64,000 nucleotides of DNA from Octopus sinensis (Eukaryota), in assembly GCF_006345805.1 (NCBI RefSeq), contig NC_043000.1:98084001-98148000 (forward strand). The letters are read 5' to 3'. Of this stretch, positions 55,301 through 63,720 are shown one piece after another. Positions within the stretch are counted from its first letter, which is position 1. Every line of letters starts with the position of its first letter. The translations under genes were made by a program, and so were the position numbers. Below the pieces are notes generated by a model. The model ran no database searches. It was not told the origin of the DNA and was given only the letters and a program-made list of their open reading frames with translations.

Positions 55301-56766
55301 CGTCTAGTTATGCTTGACTTTTTTAGGTAGTACTAGCCACACTTTTCATACCCTGGGTTTGTCAGTCATGGTCTTAGCAAACTAGATAGTGACAACAGTC
55401 TCCTGGTTATAGGTTTTATTCTGAAATGTCTTTCTAGATGGATAACCTGACAGGGCTACAGGCCCCTGATATCCAAGTTTTGTGTCAGAATTATTCCTCT
55501 CTTAGGCTGTTTACCAACCATGGCTGACAAATTCAGCCTATCCATCCGGTTATATTCCTTGATACTATTACACCATGACATTGCTAAAATTGCCAAGAAG
55601 GCTGAGGGTGTCTTGGCATCACTTACCAAATCCTTTGTGAGCCGCTCTCCGGCTATCTATCTGAGGTGGAACCTCTATCTTGCCCAGGATATTAATTGTC
55701 TGGAAACCGTTCAGCGACATGCAACCAAGAGAATACCTTCCATCAGGCATTTGCTATATTCTGAACGCCTTACTTCCCCGGGCATGGATACATTGAAATT
55801 CCAACATCTGGCAGCTGACTTGGCAGACACCCATAAAATTATTAACCATCTTACTAACACCAGGTTTTAAAAAAATAAGTACTGGGGTTGATTCATTCAA
55901 CTAAAAATTCAAGGTGGTGCCCCAGCATGGCTGCAATCTAGTGACTGAAACAAAACAAAAAAAAACGATAGCTTCTGATATTACAACTCCTTGGGATATA
56001 GATATGTTCATGCTGTGTTTGTTAATGAAATATTTTAACTGCTTATTAATCAAATGGTTTTAGAGACAAATTTCGTATATTCTGACCATTTGTTAATCAA
56101 ATGTTCAGCTAGAACTTTTCTAACTGTTTATTAATTGAATGTTCTGCTAGACATATTCTGACTGCTTGTTAATCAGATATTCTTATAGATGTAATCTAAC
56201 TGTTTGTTAATGTTCTTATAAATGTATACTGTCTGTCTATTAATCAAACTTTTTGACTGGCATATTCTAAATGTTTAATCAAATGCTCTTATAGATATAT
56301 TCTCTTTATCAACGAAATGTTCTTGTTATATTTGCAGTATTGTGGTGTCTCCGTCATTCTAATTTGTCTGCAGAAAGACCGTCACATATTACAGCGGTTA
56401 AGCAACAAGAACCAGACAGTCCCCACAATTTTCACAGTAGCATTCATACTTTGGATTCAAACCTTCCTTCATTGTGACATCTGGTTTACTGCTGAGCTTA
56501 GCAGCTCTATCCGAAGTGCAATGGAACTCATCATCATCTTCATCACAACACCTGTTTATATTGTCTTGTGGAGCATCCTCTGGGTTGACGAAATTCGACT
56601 GAATGAGAAACTGGTCATCTTCCTTATGCCCCTTAACTCTCTGCTCTTTCTAGTTGGCAGCACTTACACTGCATGGGCTTTGGGTGCATTTGGCATATTT
56701 TCTGGTGTTTGGATGATGTCATACAAATTACCACTGGAAGTGGACACTGTGTATGAAGACTCCTGA
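19975..56766 (+). CDS. Multi-exon gene (14 coding exons found, 5' end missing) for a polytopic membrane protein, NEF1 (NO EXINE FORMATION 1)-like
   Basis: Exons 19975-20167, 24489-24567, 31535-31710, 33516-33592, 34632-34780, 36662-36758, 38333-38537, 39283-39397, 48707-48854, 50479-50626, 53000-53184, 53458-53614, 54815-54949 and 56338-56766 sum to 2293 nt. All junctions are GT-AG with matching phases and join into one stop-free frame of about 763 aa. The family call rests on recalled similarity to plant NEF1 and is less certain than the gene model. Confidence 0.88.
20390..20875 (-). mobile_element. RTE LINE 3' end with internal tandem repeat of about 65 bp
   Basis: (CAT)n then cgtttaatgtccgctttccatgctagcatgggttggac is the reverse of the RTE tail. 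About five gtgccaccggcac units follow. Confidence 0.75.
21185..21413 (-). mobile_element. TTAA MITE family M1, complete copy
   Basis: Begins TTAAccctttcaataccaacccggctg and ends aatatggtaacaatgggtAAA. Imperfect terminal inverted repeats CCCTT..WTACCA. Confidence 0.75.
23570..23787. mobile_element. TTAA MITE family M2
   Basis: TTAAccttttagcatt ... aatgctgaagggTTAA: 12-bp imperfect TIRs inside intact TTAA on both sides, 218 bp. Confidence 0.75.
24489..24567 (+). CDS. NEF1-like exon B (VEMVFVVSASIFLATLLPIRQFTEHLG)
   Basis: Acceptor ttgtttatttaacag|GTT and donor TTAG|gtaagt. Phase 0 to 1, bridging exons A and C. Confidence 0.85.
24720..27305 (+). mobile_element. Heavily decayed near-full-length RTE LINE (APE plus RT)
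   Basis: APE fragment GLGILLARKWVDKVIGV...IMKLRLVLEN (24799-25056) and IDYIFT motif (25349). RT relics at about 26250-26700 (RGIKLLDQ, ELMYADG). C-terminal relic ends near 27300. Confidence 0.85.
31535..31710 (+). CDS. NEF1-like exon C (ISYQQVVRLRWLSG...FLSSIRFK)
   Basis: Acceptor tctactttcacag|GA and donor AAG|gtaagc. Phase 1 to 0. Confidence 0.88.
33516..33592 (+). CDS. NEF1-like exon D (NFSLAGFAGLSLLHSFWISRVPWSIN)
   Basis: Strong acceptor ttttgttttctcttatag|AAT and weaker donor AA|gtatcc. Phase 0 to 2 fits both neighbours. Confidence 0.8.
34632..34780 (+). CDS. NEF1-like exon E (DILFIADNIPISMLYGTIWINALL...FIVLQTA)
   Basis: Acceptor atcctttaccag|T and donor GCAG|gtaagc. Phase 2 to 1. An in-frame TAA at 34609-34611 bounds the exon start. 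Confidence 0.82.
36662..36758 (+). CDS. NEF1-like exon F (VFTSSEILLFHAKFYSSSIVLFSGLIALYLLYR)
   Basis: Acceptor ttatttcttttcag|TT and donor ACAG|gtaaac. Phase 1 to 2. Confidence 0.87.
37870..38265 (+). mobile_element. SINE with family-1 head and RTE-like tail
   Basis: Head ...gggttcagctcgactg...ttggacaagtgtc, (TA)n body, and tail aggaaggacatccagctgtaaaa...ccaacccatgaaag. Confidence 0.65.
38333..38537 (+). CDS. NEF1-like exon G (LTVVEKLQPYVSLICTSVHLTK...KLSAKQ)
   Basis: Acceptor tgtcttttccatttag|A and donor CAG|gtaaca. Phase 2 to 0. Confidence 0.87.
39283..39397 (+). CDS. NEF1-like exon H (VTLHIVGVSLTCALNVEPLL...QPSLSDITG)
   Basis: Acceptor tttccattgccag|GTC and donor ACAG|gtaagt. Phase 0 to 1. 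Confidence 0.88.
42594..43162 (-). mobile_element. Internally deleted mariner (569 bp) with both 30-bp TIRs
   Basis: Left TIR ttgggttgtctggaaagttcgtaccgattt and right TIR (reverse complement) ttgggttgtccggaaagttcgtgccgattt differ at 2 positions. TA follows the right end. ORF 42667-42939 contains LPHLPYSPDIAPSNFHLFRSLQN (YSPDLAP motif). Confidence 0.93.
43647..44147 (+). mobile_element. Complete non-autonomous Helitron (501 bp)
   Basis: A|TCtatatatataaaa at the 5' end, subterminal hairpin CCCG-agcaacgc-CGGG at 44120-44135, and CTAG|T at the 3' end. Confidence 0.88.
44637..44875 (+). mobile_element. SINE family 3 (central cctttcatcctttcggggtcgataaa.taagtacc domain), young copy
   Basis: aaggcggcgagctggcagaatc...gagttcaaattc... 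Homologues at about 11440-11600, 35450-35570, 41790-41990, 57110-58560 (several) and 62137-62345. Confidence 0.85.
46040..46480 (-). mobile_element. Family-1 SINE (minus strand)
   Basis: Reverse complement of head, (CA)n body and tail. Confidence 0.8.
48707..48854 (+). CDS. NEF1-like exon I (VILMITGLSVMILL...GALIVYIQPSWSVSW)
   Basis: Acceptor ttcttgtatttacag|GT and donor TG|gtatgt. Phase 1 to 2. Follows a 9.3-kb intron. Confidence 0.87.
49050..49720 (-). mobile_element. Old LINE endonuclease (APE) relic
   Basis: Minus strand fragment TPNTLDLIHFS resembles the APE NTLDL motif. Otherwise highly decayed. Confidence 0.4.
50479..50626 (+). CDS. NEF1-like exon J (LSVLQWGNIISVLCM...SVIMQK)
   Basis: Acceptor cttttcaacaacag|G and donor AAG|gtaaga. 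Phase 2 to 0. Confidence 0.87.
53000..53184 (+). CDS. NEF1-like exon K (LTIGLQPSAIF...PHPNGQKALSALYLLF...SLSIFL)
   Basis: Acceptor ctactttttcag|CTC, with an alternative in-frame start at 52928, and donor CT|gtaact. Phase 0 to 2. Confidence 0.78.
53458..53614 (+). CDS. NEF1-like exon L (CSCMAVFGTLII...SLRLIGNKVK)
   Basis: Acceptor cactcttcttacag|G and donor AAG|gtaaat. Phase 2 to 0. Confidence 0.87.
54815..54949 (+). CDS. NEF1-like exon M (QEILVNE...LLPILGNIAAIVSYLVLCML...RDVW)
   Basis: Acceptor tttctctttttcag|CAA and donor TGG|gtaaga. Phase 0 to 0. Confidence 0.9.
55520..55865 (+). mobile_element. CR1-clade LINE RT C-terminal fragment
   Basis: ORF LAQDINCLETVQRHATKRIPSIRHLLYSERL...ADLADTHKII matches the CR1/L2 pattern VQRRATK.IP.LR.L.Y.ERL. 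Confidence 0.8.
56030..56320. repeat. Degenerate tandem repeat of about 38 bp (about 8 units)
   Basis: Recurrent ttaatcaaatgttc..tagacatattctgactgtttg units end just upstream of the terminal-exon acceptor. Confidence 0.75.
56338..56766 (+). CDS. NEF1-like terminal exon N (YCGVSVILICLQKDRH...VDTVYEDS*)
   Basis: Acceptor ttgttatatttgcag|TAT, then 142 codons and TGA. This is the longest clearly non-repetitive ORF in the track. Confidence 0.92.
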   Translation, partial: YCGVSVILICLQKDRHILQRLSNKNQTVPTIFTVAFILWIQTFLHCDIWFTAELSSSIRSAMELIIIFITTPVYIVLWSILWVDEIRLNEKLVIFLMPLNSLLFLVGSTYTAWALGAFGIFSGVWMMSYKLPLEVDTVYEDS

Positions 56767-56772
56767 AGCAGC

Positions 56773-56778
56773 AATAAA
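56773..56778 (+). terminator. Candidate polyadenylation signal AATAAA (another at 57062-57067)
   Basis: AATAAA lies 6 nt after the stop codon. The hexamer is common in AT-rich DNA, so use is unproven. Confidence 0.3.
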
Positions 56779-57109
56779 CTCTATCTGTGATATGAAGAGG
56801 TGAAAGATTACTTAACCTTATTTTATGGACCATAGCCATTGTAAATGGGAATGTGTGACAGAGATTAAATATAAATATCTATTTTTGTGAAAAAAGAACT
56901 CTATATCCCCATTAATCCAGTTGGTATATTGGAGTTGATTGATTCTTTGGATAACTTTTAATCTCAGTTACTACAGTAAGGTCCTCCAATGGTGAAAAAA
57001 AAATGAGAAGAGAGATGGAAAAGATATTTAAAAAGTACAGTTATTTATTATTGTTGTTAACAATAAAGCAATACATAATATTACTCATCATCACCATCAT
57101 CATCATCAT

Positions 57110-58560
57110 CATTATTAGGACAGTAGACTGGCTGAATTGTTGGAAGGTTGGAAAAATTACTTTGTGATATTTGTTCTGGCTCCTTACATTCTGTGTTCAA
57201 ATATCACCAAGGTCAACTTTTCCTTTCATCCTTCCAGGGGTTCATAAAATAAAATTCCATTCAATTATTGAGATCTATGTAACTGGCTACCCTCCTTCTC
57301 TCAACATTGCTTGCTTTGTGCCAAAGTTATTGTTATTATTATAAGGCGGAGAGCTGGCAGAATGCTTAATGGTATTTCACCCATCACCGAGGTCAATTTT
57401 GCCTTTCATCCTTTTGGGGTCGATAAATTAAGCACTAGTCAAGTACTGGGGTCGATAGGGTCAACTTACTCTCTCCCCACAAATTTCAGGCCTTGTGCCT
57501 ATAGTAGAAAGGATTATTATTATTATTACAAGGCAGAGAGCTGGTAGAATTTTTAGCACATCAGGGAAAATGCTCAGTGGCATTTCATCCATCTTACATT
57601 CTGATTTCAAATTCCACTGAGGTTAACTTTGCCTTTCATCCTTTCAGGGTCGATAAAATAAGTATCAGTTGAACACTAGGGTTGATGTAATCAACTTATT
57701 CCTGCCCCTGAATTGCTGGCCTTGTGCCAAAATTTGAAATCATCATCATTATCTGGCTCTTAATATTCTCTTTATCTTCCAACCTACTGGAAGTCAATAA
57801 AATGAAGTACTAGTCAAATACTGAGGTTGATAATGTCAACTTACTCCCCTATCTTCAGAATTGTTTGCCCTGTGCCAAAATTGAAATCCATCATCATCAT
57901 CACCATCATCATTATTTCTGTTGTTACAATTTTTAGTATTCACAAATTAGAAAATTATCTAAAAGACTTGTGCACTTGGACCACATGTAGTTAGAGTATC
58001 AAACTTAATTAAATCAACTAATTTGAGGCTGTTTGTATAAAGAATTGTATGGTACAAACTAGTCATGTTATTATGATTGATGAACATTTTTCAGTTAATG
58101 AAAAAATTTGTATAATGAAAACATGTCTCCTATTTCACTCCAATAAATTTTCATTCCATTAGTTTCCTCCAATAAAAAAAAATCCTATAATTTTTTTTAC
58201 TGTTCATTGTTATTATTATTATTGTTGTTGTTGCTGTTTTTGATTTGACTCAGGTTTGTTCTTATTCCAATTAGAATTTATGTGGATAGTGGGTTACTAA
58301 CTGTAACCTTAGATATTCATAAGCTTTCTATTATTATTAAAGCAATAAACTGGTAGAATTGTTACTGCACCAGACAAAATGCTTAGCATTAATTCTTCCA
58401 GCTTTACGTTTTGAGTTCAAATGCTACTGAGGTTGATTTTGCCTTTCATCATTTCAGGGTTGGTAAAATAAATATCAGTTGAGCATTGGGGTTAATGTAA
58501 TCGACTAGTCCCCAACCTTAAATAAATTGATGGCCTTGTGCCAAAGTAAGAAATTTCAAA
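57110..58560 (+). mobile_element. Cluster of about 5 same-orientation family-3 SINEs
   Basis: Copies at about 57120-57330, 57345-57510, 57530-57750, 57770-57900 and 58340-58560, separated by (ATT)n or (ATC)n. Confidence 0.8.
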
Positions 58561-60119
58561 TCAATCACCTATAACACCTTGAAAATTTTTATCCCCCAAA
58601 AGGAATTGAACTTGTAACCTTTGTTAGTTCTACCACTGAACTACTTCATAAAAAATTATGTAAACAATAAGTAGGAATAATTTAGAAAGACAGTAAAGTC
58701 ATATGTAATGTAATGCATGTAAGTCTGTGCGTGGGTATTTATGCATTCCTGAATGAATATATATATATGAATCAATGATTTCTTCAGTGTGTGACAATAA
58801 AAATACTAAACTTTTCCAGCATGAGATATTTCCATTTGCTTTTCATGTCTCAGTATTTGATATATGTGTGTGTGTGTGTGTCTGAATATGTACACAACCA
58901 GACTGCCATTGATCGTGATGGTTTATAATATATTTTTTAAATCCTTGTTCTGAACTATATTTTACTTTATTATTCGTAAAGGGAACACGTTGCGGGCCTT
59001 CACAGTTCTACTCTAAAACATAAGGTATGCTGGGAGAGTTTTACTGATTATATGAAAGGCGAAATCGGTGACATAAAGAATATTTGCAATATAAAAGACT
59101 AGATTACGTTTGCAGAGGAAAGCAAAAGTTTCATAAGGTTTTCATTCATTAAATCTTAGTTTACATTGTCGTGTAGTTTGTGTGTTGCTTAAGCTGATAT
59201 GGTCAATGATGATGTATTTCAAACGACTGAGTCTCTAAATTGTCGAAATGGATTGGCTTTATCTTGTTGCATGAACATTATCTCGGCATTATTGCAGTGT
59301 ATATTGCAGTGAATATAAATTGAAGCAAACTCACGAATATTTAACCGTAATATTTAGTGCTGGACATGATATATTTGGCGTTGGCTATTTATCAATGAAC
59401 ACTATTAATAATTACTGATTGGGAGGAGAGAAAAACTGCTCAGTGAATGTAGGAAGCTACTTGTGTGTCCGAGTGCCTGGAGTTGTCTGTGCAAAAGTCG
59501 TAGGCGGTTCGAATTACCGCTATGACATATTCCTTTCCTAAACTCGTTTTAAAGATTCGTAATAATATTGAGCAAAGATTTTCTTCTTAAATGACGTTTA
59601 TCAACAAAGTCCAAAGCCTTTTTGTTTTGTTACTATGTAGAAAAATATCGTTTATAATGTCATCACACCACAAATCAGGAAAAGTCCAGAATAACAGGCC
59701 TCTAAGAGATGATTTATTCATCCCTTTGCCTATCCAGTGTATCATATTTGATGCTCATGCATCATATATGATATGCATTCCCAAATTCTTTCAGTGACTC
59801 ACCTGGATGATTTGTGACTTTTGAAAAGGAGAAAGAATTATATTAGTCAGAATGTATGGAATAAGAGAAATCTGAAAACAAGCATAAGCGTTTAGGGCAA
59901 AATTATGAACATGCTTTGGACAGGTAAAGATTTAAATCGGCTGAAATATTTGGTTGTATTTCTGAGCAGAAATACCCTAAATGCAAAAAAGAGGCATTGA
60001 AACCACCGATCACCTTTGATCAATCAATTGGATGGGCGGGCGGACGTCCGTCCATCCGTCCGTAGGCTTAGTAGGTCATGCTTAGGAATCCAGACAGATT
60101 GACGGTTGCTGTATGCTTT

Positions 60120-60345
60120 TTGTCTTTATGGATACGCGATGGTTTTCATCTAGAAAATTGCAAATTTTTCTCAACTATATCAGGTGTTCTGATGTCCCTC
60201 TCCCTCCTACACTTCTCATCCTTGAACTTTTTGTGCCATCGAAAAGCAGATGTTCGCCTCATACAAGTTAATCCATAAGTTTCTGTACCGATTTTATGCA
60301 GTTTAGCATAAAATGCATAGCGAGCTTGTCTTCACATCACAACTG
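60120..60345 (-). mobile_element. Mariner transposase N-terminal (HTH) relic
   Basis: Minus strand gives QARYAFYAKLHKIGTETYGLTCMRRTSAFRWHKKFKDE...RTPDIVEK / LDENHRVSIKT. Confidence 0.75.
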
Positions 60346-60664
60346 CATTCTGCAAACTAGTCAGGTATGACAAGCATTGTTTTGTAGGGAGGGAGCCGTC
60401 TCCTTCCATCTGGAATAACAAACGTTGGCAGGTCAGCTTATTAAATGTTTAGTAATGATATACTAAAATTACAATAATCTAGAGAATTTATAACTACCTC
60501 TCCTAAGAAAGTCTAAAAAGCATCTGGAATACACCTCGTATTTCTGCCAAAATATTTGGCAGAATATCACCCGAAGAAATGGAATAGTTATATAACAATA
60601 TGAATTTACGCAACGTTATCTTAATAAGCTATGTAAAAAATAAATAAATGCGCCCTTTTTTAAA

Positions 60665-60898
60665 TCCTGTCCAAATTCATGGGCCTGGTTTCCCGGTTTC
60701 TATGGCGTATGTGTTCCCCAGCTGGATGGGACGGAAGTCCATCGCAGCGTTACTCATTTCTGCCAACTGAGTGGAATGGAGCAAAATGAAATGAAGTGTT
60801 TTGTTCAAGAACACAACGCGTCGCCCGGTCCAGGAATCGAAACCACAATCTTACGATCATAATGCTGACACCGTAACCACCAAGCCACGCGCCTCCAC
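60665..60898 (-). mobile_element. tRNA-derived CORE-like SINE related to family 2
   Basis: Minus strand gtggaggcgcgtggcttggtggttacgg...gtttcgattcctggaccgggcgacgcgttgtgttcttgaac. Confidence 0.8.
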
Positions 60899-61101
60899 AA
60901 ATAACCTATGTAATGGATTTTATTTGAAATAAACTCCGTTATTGAAAGAAATGTAGTGATGTTTTGAACTACCCATTTGTTGTTGTTTACTAAATATTAC
61001 GCTATATGATATGTACCAGTTATATCTTTTATTGCAACAACAACAACAACAACATCGAAAAATACCTTAGGAATGAGAACCCAGGTTCGAAATTTCCCCA
61101 A

Positions 61102-61147
61102 GACACCTGAAGAAGGCTGGAGGGTATATCAGCCGAAACGTTGTGTT
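61102..61147 (+). ncRNA. Minimal type I hammerhead ribozyme motif in a Penelope-like short element
   Basis: Stem I GACAC, core CTGAAGA, extra A, stem II GGCTG...CAGCC, GAA, palindromic ACGT (stem III), T, then GTGTT (stem I partner). Confidence 0.65.
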
Positions 61148-61188
61148 AACAAACAAGATGCGGACAATTATCCATCGAATGTAAATAT

Positions 61189-61352
61189 AGGCGCAGGAGT
61201 GGCTGTGAGGTAAGTAGCTTGTTTACCAACCACATGGTTCCGGGTTCAGTCCCACCGTGCGGCACCTTGGGCAAGTGTCTTCTACTATAGCCTCGGGCCG
61301 ACCAAAGCCTTGTTAGTGGATTTGGTAGACGGAAACTGAAAGAAGCCCGTCG

Positions 61353-61385
<33 letters not shown>

Positions 61386-61586
61386 GTGTGTTTGTCCCCC
61401 TAGCATTGCTTGACAACCGATGCTGGTGTGTTTATGTCCCCGTTACTTAGCGGTTCGGCAAAAGAGACCGATAGAATAAGTACTGGGCTTACAAAAGAAT
61501 AAGTCCCGGGTCGAGTTGCTCGATTAAAGGCGGTGCGCCAGCATGGCCGCAGTCAAATGACTGAAACATGTAAAAGAGTAAAGAGT
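61189..61586 (+). mobile_element. Family-1 SINE, young full-length copy
   Basis: ggcgcaggagTGGCTGTGAGG...GGTTCAGTCCC head, CORE-like ttgggcaagtgtc, (TA)n body and (AAGAGT)-like tail. CpGs intact. Confidence 0.9.
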
Positions 61587-62136
61587 AATGTATATAATTC
61601 CTCATCTCTAAAATATAGAACTGTGGAGGGACATGTTCCAAACTTCGGCACTAGAGAGATTTTTAATGCACAAACATTTATATTACTCAAAGCTTGCAAA
61701 TATACTACGTTCAAAATCATGGGCTAAAATACTCTAGTGTAACAATCTGACATTTAGAGTTCCCTCAGCTGTTCAACTACCTATCAAAATTAAAAGAAAT
61801 ATAAAAAAGACTTCTACTGAAACATTTAAAAAAAACCTTCCAAAATCTTATTGGATGAACTCTTAACGATACCTTAGAAGTCAACCATTCAAGGATGATG
61901 CATTCAGAGGAGAACAGCTGCTGGAAAACTCAATCATAGACCACCTTCCAGTCAAGAAGCAACAACAAAGCCTAATAGAAAAATACATTAAGGCGGTACT
62001 CCAGAATGGCTGCAGTACTATCATTAAAAGGATATGAGTACACGCATACACGTGCACGTGTATATATGTGTGTGCGTGTGTGTCTGTGTGAGCTGATGTG
62101 TGATTCATTTTGCTTCAATATTGTACCAGACAGAAG

Positions 62137-62345
62137 GTGATGAGCTGGCAGAGACTTTAGCAAACCGGTCGAAATGCTTAGTGGTATTTCGTCTGCCATT
62201 ACGTTCTGAGTTCAAATTCCGCCGAGGTCGACTTTGCCTTTCATCCTCGGGGTCGATAAATTAAGTACCAGTTGCGTACTGGGGTCGATCTAATCGTCTG
62301 GTCCCCTCCCAAAATCTTTCGGGCCTTGTGCTTCGAGTAGAAGAG
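62137..62345 (+). mobile_element. Family-3 SINE, young copy
   Basis: Near-identical to 44637-44800 over the head and central domain. Confidence 0.85.
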
Positions 62346-63468
62346 AACATTCTACGAGACGGCAGTTTTCAGTAATTATTCCCAAAGGGACCACTGACCA
62401 CAATCTTTTATATCTCAATGCCGAATACGTGTATATACATTATATATGTGTGTGTATATATAAATCAGGCTGAAACCGAGTACAGCTCTCCGGCTTGCCA
62501 CTTTCAGTCAAATACTGCGTATGTGTGTGTGTGTGTGTTTTGATATCAAGATTGGAAAAATCCACCTTGTTCATAAAAAGATTTTGACCTGGGTTTGCAC
62601 CCTCCTAAGCAAATCCTGTTCCCGAGCCACTGGTGACAACGTATTGTTGTTAATTTATAACGTAAATTTTGTCACCACATTTTAATCATTCAAGTAGAAC
62701 ACTAACTATATTTTACTTCATCTACACGAAGTAAATATAGTTAGCGAAAGCTGGAAGTTTCTTTCAGTCTTAATTCAGTGCACCATTTCTCAAAACTCAC
62801 TGGACATTAACGCCACGAACTAACCACTGATTACTATCAACAATTTTTTCCGTTCTTATAAGCATTCAGATGATGATCTACAGTGTTTATAAGAACTCAT
62901 AGTATATCTATAATACCACTTAACGCTCCATACTAATTGTCACTGTCCAAGCTCAAATTTAGGAATAACAATCTTCCACCAATTTGCAAGTCAATGAATG
63001 GTAGCAGCAAAGAGGTTCGACAGGAAATAGGAGAAATACAGATGAAAGGATGGAAAATGACGCTGAACTATAATAAAAAGGTTGAATCATTATTCCCGTA
63101 AATACAATAACTTAGAGGACAATCGACAAGCAACTGTTAATTTACTGCCCATTTCGATGAAAAAAAAACAAACAAAACTTTCGATATTTTGTGTTGAAGT
63201 TATTTCCCTTGACATAGTGTCGAGTGTTAATAGTTATCTCCCTTCTATCAACTTCGTGGAACCTGATGGAACGAACAAACCAATGATTTATATTATTTTT
63301 ACATTCAAGTCCATGTTTGCAATAAGTGTCGTGTGGTAGAAATAAACGCAATTACCAAACTTTCATTCATAAATCCATTTATTATTTCGTTCTTTTGCAT
63401 TTCAATTTGTTCATTTGTACCCAGAAATTTTCAACAACAGCACGCCAGAAGAAACGGGGAAAAAAAAT

Positions 63469-63627
63469 CCCAGAATTAAACTTACCCCAAGTGATGCAAA
63501 TTTTCCATTCACACTAAACAGACTTTAGTTTCCACTTAGACTTCCATATCCAATGACAATTAATAAGGCTCAAGGGCAAGCATTTGAAAAAGTTGGAATA
63601 CATTTGCCTCAACCAGTATTTTCTCAT
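63469..63627 (+). pseudogene. Helitron RepHel PIF1-helicase relic
   Basis: [52 protein letters not shown] matches the Helitron/PIF1 motif RQFP.RL.FAMTINKSQGQ...VG.YL..PVFSH, with an in-frame TAG replacing Q. Confidence 0.88.
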
Positions 63628-63720
63628 TTTCAAGAGCACAAGCTATGAACAGTATCAAAGTAAGAGATATGATACTTATTGGGATAACAGACAAGGCCAA
63701 AAACGTGGTGTGACATACTT

